Source: Eledone cirrhosa (Eukaryota). Taken from it: a stretch of 64,000 nt of DNA. The stretch covers positions 132,742,001 to 132,806,000 of the forward strand of contig OZ024743.1 of the NCBI GenBank assembly GCA_964016885.1. Reading direction: 5' to 3'. The notes beneath the pieces were generated by a model. It had not been told where the DNA came from. It searched no databases and worked only from the letters and a program-made list of their open reading frames with translations. Below are positions 61,001 through 64,000 of the stretch, one piece after another. Numbering within the stretch: position 1 is the first letter of the stretch; the number at the start of each line of letters is the position of its first letter. Made by a program: the position numbers and the translations under genes.

Positions 61001-64000
61001 TGGTGTTTGGTGTTTGGTGCTTGGTGTTTGGTGTTTGGTGCTTGGTGTTTGGTGCTTTTTGCTTGGTGCTTGGTGCTTGGTGTTTGGTGCTTGGTGCTTG
61101 GTGTTTGGTGCTGGGTGCTTGGTGTTTGGTGTTTGGTGTTATATGCTTGGTGTTTGATGCTTGGTGCTTGGTGCTTGGTGTTTGGTGTTTGGTGCTTGGT
61201 GTTTGATGCTTGGTGCTTGGTGCTTGGTGTTTGGTGCTTGGTGCTTGGTGTTTGGTGCTTGGTGCTTGGTGTTTGGTGCTTGGTGTTTGGTGCTTGGTGT
61301 TTCGTGCTTGGTGCTTGGTGCTTGGTGCTTGGTGCTTGGTGTTTGGTGGTTGGTGCTTGGTGCTTGGTGTTAGGTGTTTGGTGCTTGGTGCTTGGTGTTT
61401 GGTGTTTGGTGCTTGGTGTTTGGTGTTTGGTGCTTGGTGTTTGGTGCTTGGTACTTGGTGCTTGGTGCTTGGTGTTAGGTGTTTGGTGCTTGGTGTTTGG
61501 TGTCTGGTTTTTGGTGCTTGGTGCTTGGTGCTTAGTGTTTGGTGCTTGGTGCTTAGTGTTTGGTGCTAGGTGCTTGGTGTTTGGTGCTTGGTGCTTGGTG
61601 TTTGGTGCCTGGTGCTTGGTGTTTGGTGTTTGGTGTTTGGTGCTTGGTGCTTGGTGTTTGGTGTTTGCTGTTTGCTGTTTGTTGTTTGGTGTTTGCTGTT
61701 TGGTGTTTGGTGTTTGCTTTTTGGTGCTTGGTGTTTGATGCTTGGTGCTTGGTGCTTGGTGTTTGGTGCTTGGTGCTTGGTGTTTGGTGTTTGGTGCTTG
61801 GTGCTTGGTGCTTGGTGCTTGCTGCTGGCTGCTTGGTGTTTGGTGCTTGGTGATTGGTGCTTGGTGTTTGGTGCTTGGTGTTTGGTGTTTGGTGCTAGGT
61901 GCTTGGTGTTTGGTGCTTGGTGCTTGGTGTTTGTACTTGGTGCTTGGTGCTTGGTTCTTGGTGTTTGGTGCTTGGTGCTTGGTGTTTGGTGCTTGGTGCT
62001 TGGTGTTTGGTGCTTGGTGTTTGGTGCTTGGTGTTTGGTGTTTGGTGCTTGGTGCTTGGTGTTTGGTGCTTGGTGTTTGGTGCTTGGTGTTAGGTGTTTG
62101 GTGCTTGGTGCTTGGTGTTTGGTGTTTGGTGCTTGGCGTTTGGTGTTTGGTGTTATATGCTTGGTGTTTGATGCTTGGTGCTTGGTGCTTGGTGTTTGGT
62201 GCTTGGTGTTTGATGCTTGGTGCTTGGTGCTTGGTGTTTGGTGATTGGTGCTTGGTGTTTGTACTTGGTGCTTGGTGCTTGGTTCTTGGTGTTTGGTGCT
62301 TGGTGCTTGGTGTTTGGTGTTTGGTGCTTGGTGTTTGGTGCTTGGTGTTTGGTGCTTGGTGTTTGGTGCTTGGTGCTTGGTGTTTGGTGTTTGGTGCTTG
62401 GTGTTTGGTGCTTGGTGTTTGGTGTTAGGTGTTTGGTGCTTGGTGTTTGGTGTTTGGTGCTTGGTGTTTGGTGCTTGGTGTTTGGTGCTTGGTGTTTGGT
62501 GCTTGGTACTTGGTGCTTGGTGCTTGGTGTTAGGTGTTTGGTGCTTGGTGCTTGGTGTTTGGTTTTTGGTGCTTGGTGCTTGGTGTTTGGTGTTTGGGGC
62601 TTGCTGCTGGCTGCTTGGTGTTTGATGCTTGGTGATTGGTGCTTGGTGTTTTGTGCTTGGTGTTTCGTGCTTGGTGTTTGGTGCTTGGTGCTTGGTGTTT
62701 GGTGCCTGGTGCTTGGTGCTTGGTGTTTGGTGTTTGGTGTAGGTGCTTGATGCTTGGTGTTTGGTGCTTGGTGCTGGGTGGTTGGTGTTTAGTGCTTGGT
62801 GTTTGGTGCTGGGTGCTTGGTGTTTGGTGCTTGGTGCTTGGTCTTTGGTGCTTGGTGTTTGGTGTTTGGTGCTAGGTGCTTGGTGCTTGGTGTTTGGTGC
62901 TTGGTGCTTGGTGTTTGGTGCTTGGTGCTTAGTGTTTGGTGCTTGGTGCTTAGTGTTTGGTGCTAGGTGCTTGGTGTTTGGTGCTTGGTGCTTGGTGTTT
63001 GGTGCCTGGTGCTTGGTGTTTGGTGTTTGGTGTTTGGTGCTTGGTGCTTGGTGTTTGGTGTTTGCTGTTTGCTGTTTGTTGTTTGGTGTTTGCTGTTTGG
63101 TGTTTGGTGTTTGCTTTTTGGTGTTTGGTGTTTGCTGTATGTTGTTTGGTGTTTGGTGTTTGGTGTTTGGTGTTTCGTGCTTGGTGTTTGGTGCTTGGTG
63201 CTTGGTGTTTGGTGCCTGGTGCTTGGTGCTTGGTGCTTGGTGTTTGGTGTTTGGTGCTTGGTGCTTGGAGTTTGGTGTTTGGTGCTTGGTGCTTGGTGTT
63301 TCGTGTTTCGTGTTTGGTTTTTGGTGCTTGGTGCTTGGTGCTTGGTCCTTGGTGTTTGGTGTTTGCTGCTTGGTGTTTGATGCTTGGTGCTTGGTGCTTG
63401 GTGTTTTGTGTTTGGTGCTTGGTGCTTGGTGTTTGGTGCTTGGTGCTTGGTGCTTGGTGTTTGTACTTGGTGCCTGGTGTTTGGTTCTTGGTTCTTGGTG
63501 TTTGGTGTTTGGCGTTTGCTGTTTGGTGCTTGGTGCTTGGTGTTTGGTGCTTGGTGCTTGGTGTTTGGTGCCTGGTGCTTGGTGCTTGGTGTTTGGTGTT
63601 TGGTGCTTGGTGCTTGGTGCTTGGAGTTTGGTGTTTGGTGCATGGTGCTTTGTGTTTTGTGTTTGGTGTTTGGTTTTTGGTGCTTGGTGCTTGGTCCTTG
63701 GTGTTTGGTGCTGGGTGCTTTGTGTTTGGTGCTTGGTGCTTGGTGTTTGGTGTTTGCTGCTTGGTGTTTGATGCTTGGTGCTTGGTGCTTGGTGTTTTGT
63801 GTTTGGTGCTTGGTTCTTGGTGTATGGTGCTTGGTGCTTGGTACTTGGTGTTTGTACTTGGTGCTTGGTGCTTGGTGTTTGGTTCTTGGTTCTTGGTGTT
63901 TGGTACTTGGTGCTTCGTGCTTGATGTTTGGTGTTTGGTGCTTGGTGTTTGGTGCTTGGTGCTTGGTGCTTGGTGTTAGGTGTTTGGTGCTTGGTCTTTG
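57212..64000 (+). repeat. ~3.4-3.5-kb tandem duplication (57212-60608; 60609 to window end)
   Basis: TTGTTGA at 57233/60630. ORF pairs 57264/60661, 57487/60884, 58163/61560, 58820/62217 (+3397) and 59214/62743, 59428/62957 (+3529). Confidence 0.91.

Larger units (their letters stand above)
1..64000 (+). repeat. Heptanucleotide satellite array (TTGGTGY)n, ~9,100 units, single orientation, open at both window ends
   Basis: Every line parses as TTGGTGC/TTGGTGT units or close variants (TTGCTGT, TTGATGC, TAGGTGT, TTGGTAC, TTGGTGA, CTGGTGC, TTAGTGT). The + strand is G/T-rich with rare A. No inverted CACCAA-type segment was seen on +. Confidence 0.99.

Noticed and set aside
703-63643. Minus-strand ORFs encoding TKHQ[AT]P[SN] repeats resembling mucin-like or heptad (RNA polymerase II CTD-like) proteins
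   Set aside because: These are the reverse complement of the same satellite. They are called only where a chance variant creates a start codon, are broken by TTA/CTA/TCA variants and 6-bp frameshifts, and have no flanking gene structure.
6-63979. Hundreds of + strand ORFs up to 525 aa encoding WCLV[LF]G[AV] repeats that look hydrophobic or membrane-like
   Set aside because: The heptamer has no stop codon and 7 is not divisible by 3, so all three frames give the same 7-aa repeat. The starts are mostly TTG/GTG/CTG-type codons from the repeat itself, the stops are scattered variants, no frame is preferred and there is no unique domain.
1-64000. CRISPR-like or diversity-cassette interpretation of the islands and variant units
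   Set aside because: There are no unique spacers, leader, cas, reverse-transcriptase or recombinase genes, and all variation is 1-3 substitutions from the same 7-mer.
1-64000. Pure sequencing or rolling-circle artefact
   Set aside because: Variants are inherited in ordered, nested blocks with graded divergence, which is unlike random basecalling noise or single-template concatemers. The exact copy number of the youngest blocks still needs read support.

Overview
The whole 64-kb window is one uninterrupted, single-orientation tandem array of a 7-bp satellite, consensus TTGGTGY (TTGGTGC and TTGGTGT intermixed; minus strand RCACCAA), about 9,100 units. I see no unique sequence, gene, RNA gene, transposon or CRISPR array. 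The ORFs in the track are translation artefacts of a stop-free heptamer: WCLV[LF]G[AV] on + and TKHQ[AT]P[SN] on -. The information lies in how the variant units are arranged. There is a binary C/T pattern at position 7, a 6-bp phase-shifting unit (TTGTAC), recurrent islands of divergent units, and nested higher-order repeats at ~98-105, 363, 524, 594, 930, 1363, 1648, ~3270-3400 and 4069 bp. Dispersed block copies lie at 7-11 kb offsets, and marker variants turn over between a left (<~21 kb) and a right sub-family. This looks like eukaryotic satellite DNA (centromeric, pericentromeric or subtelomeric) evolving by repeated block duplication. Organism and function cannot be determined from this window. 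Block boundaries were read by eye and from offsets between matching ORF-track entries, so they are approximate. I found no support for a new protein-coding system.
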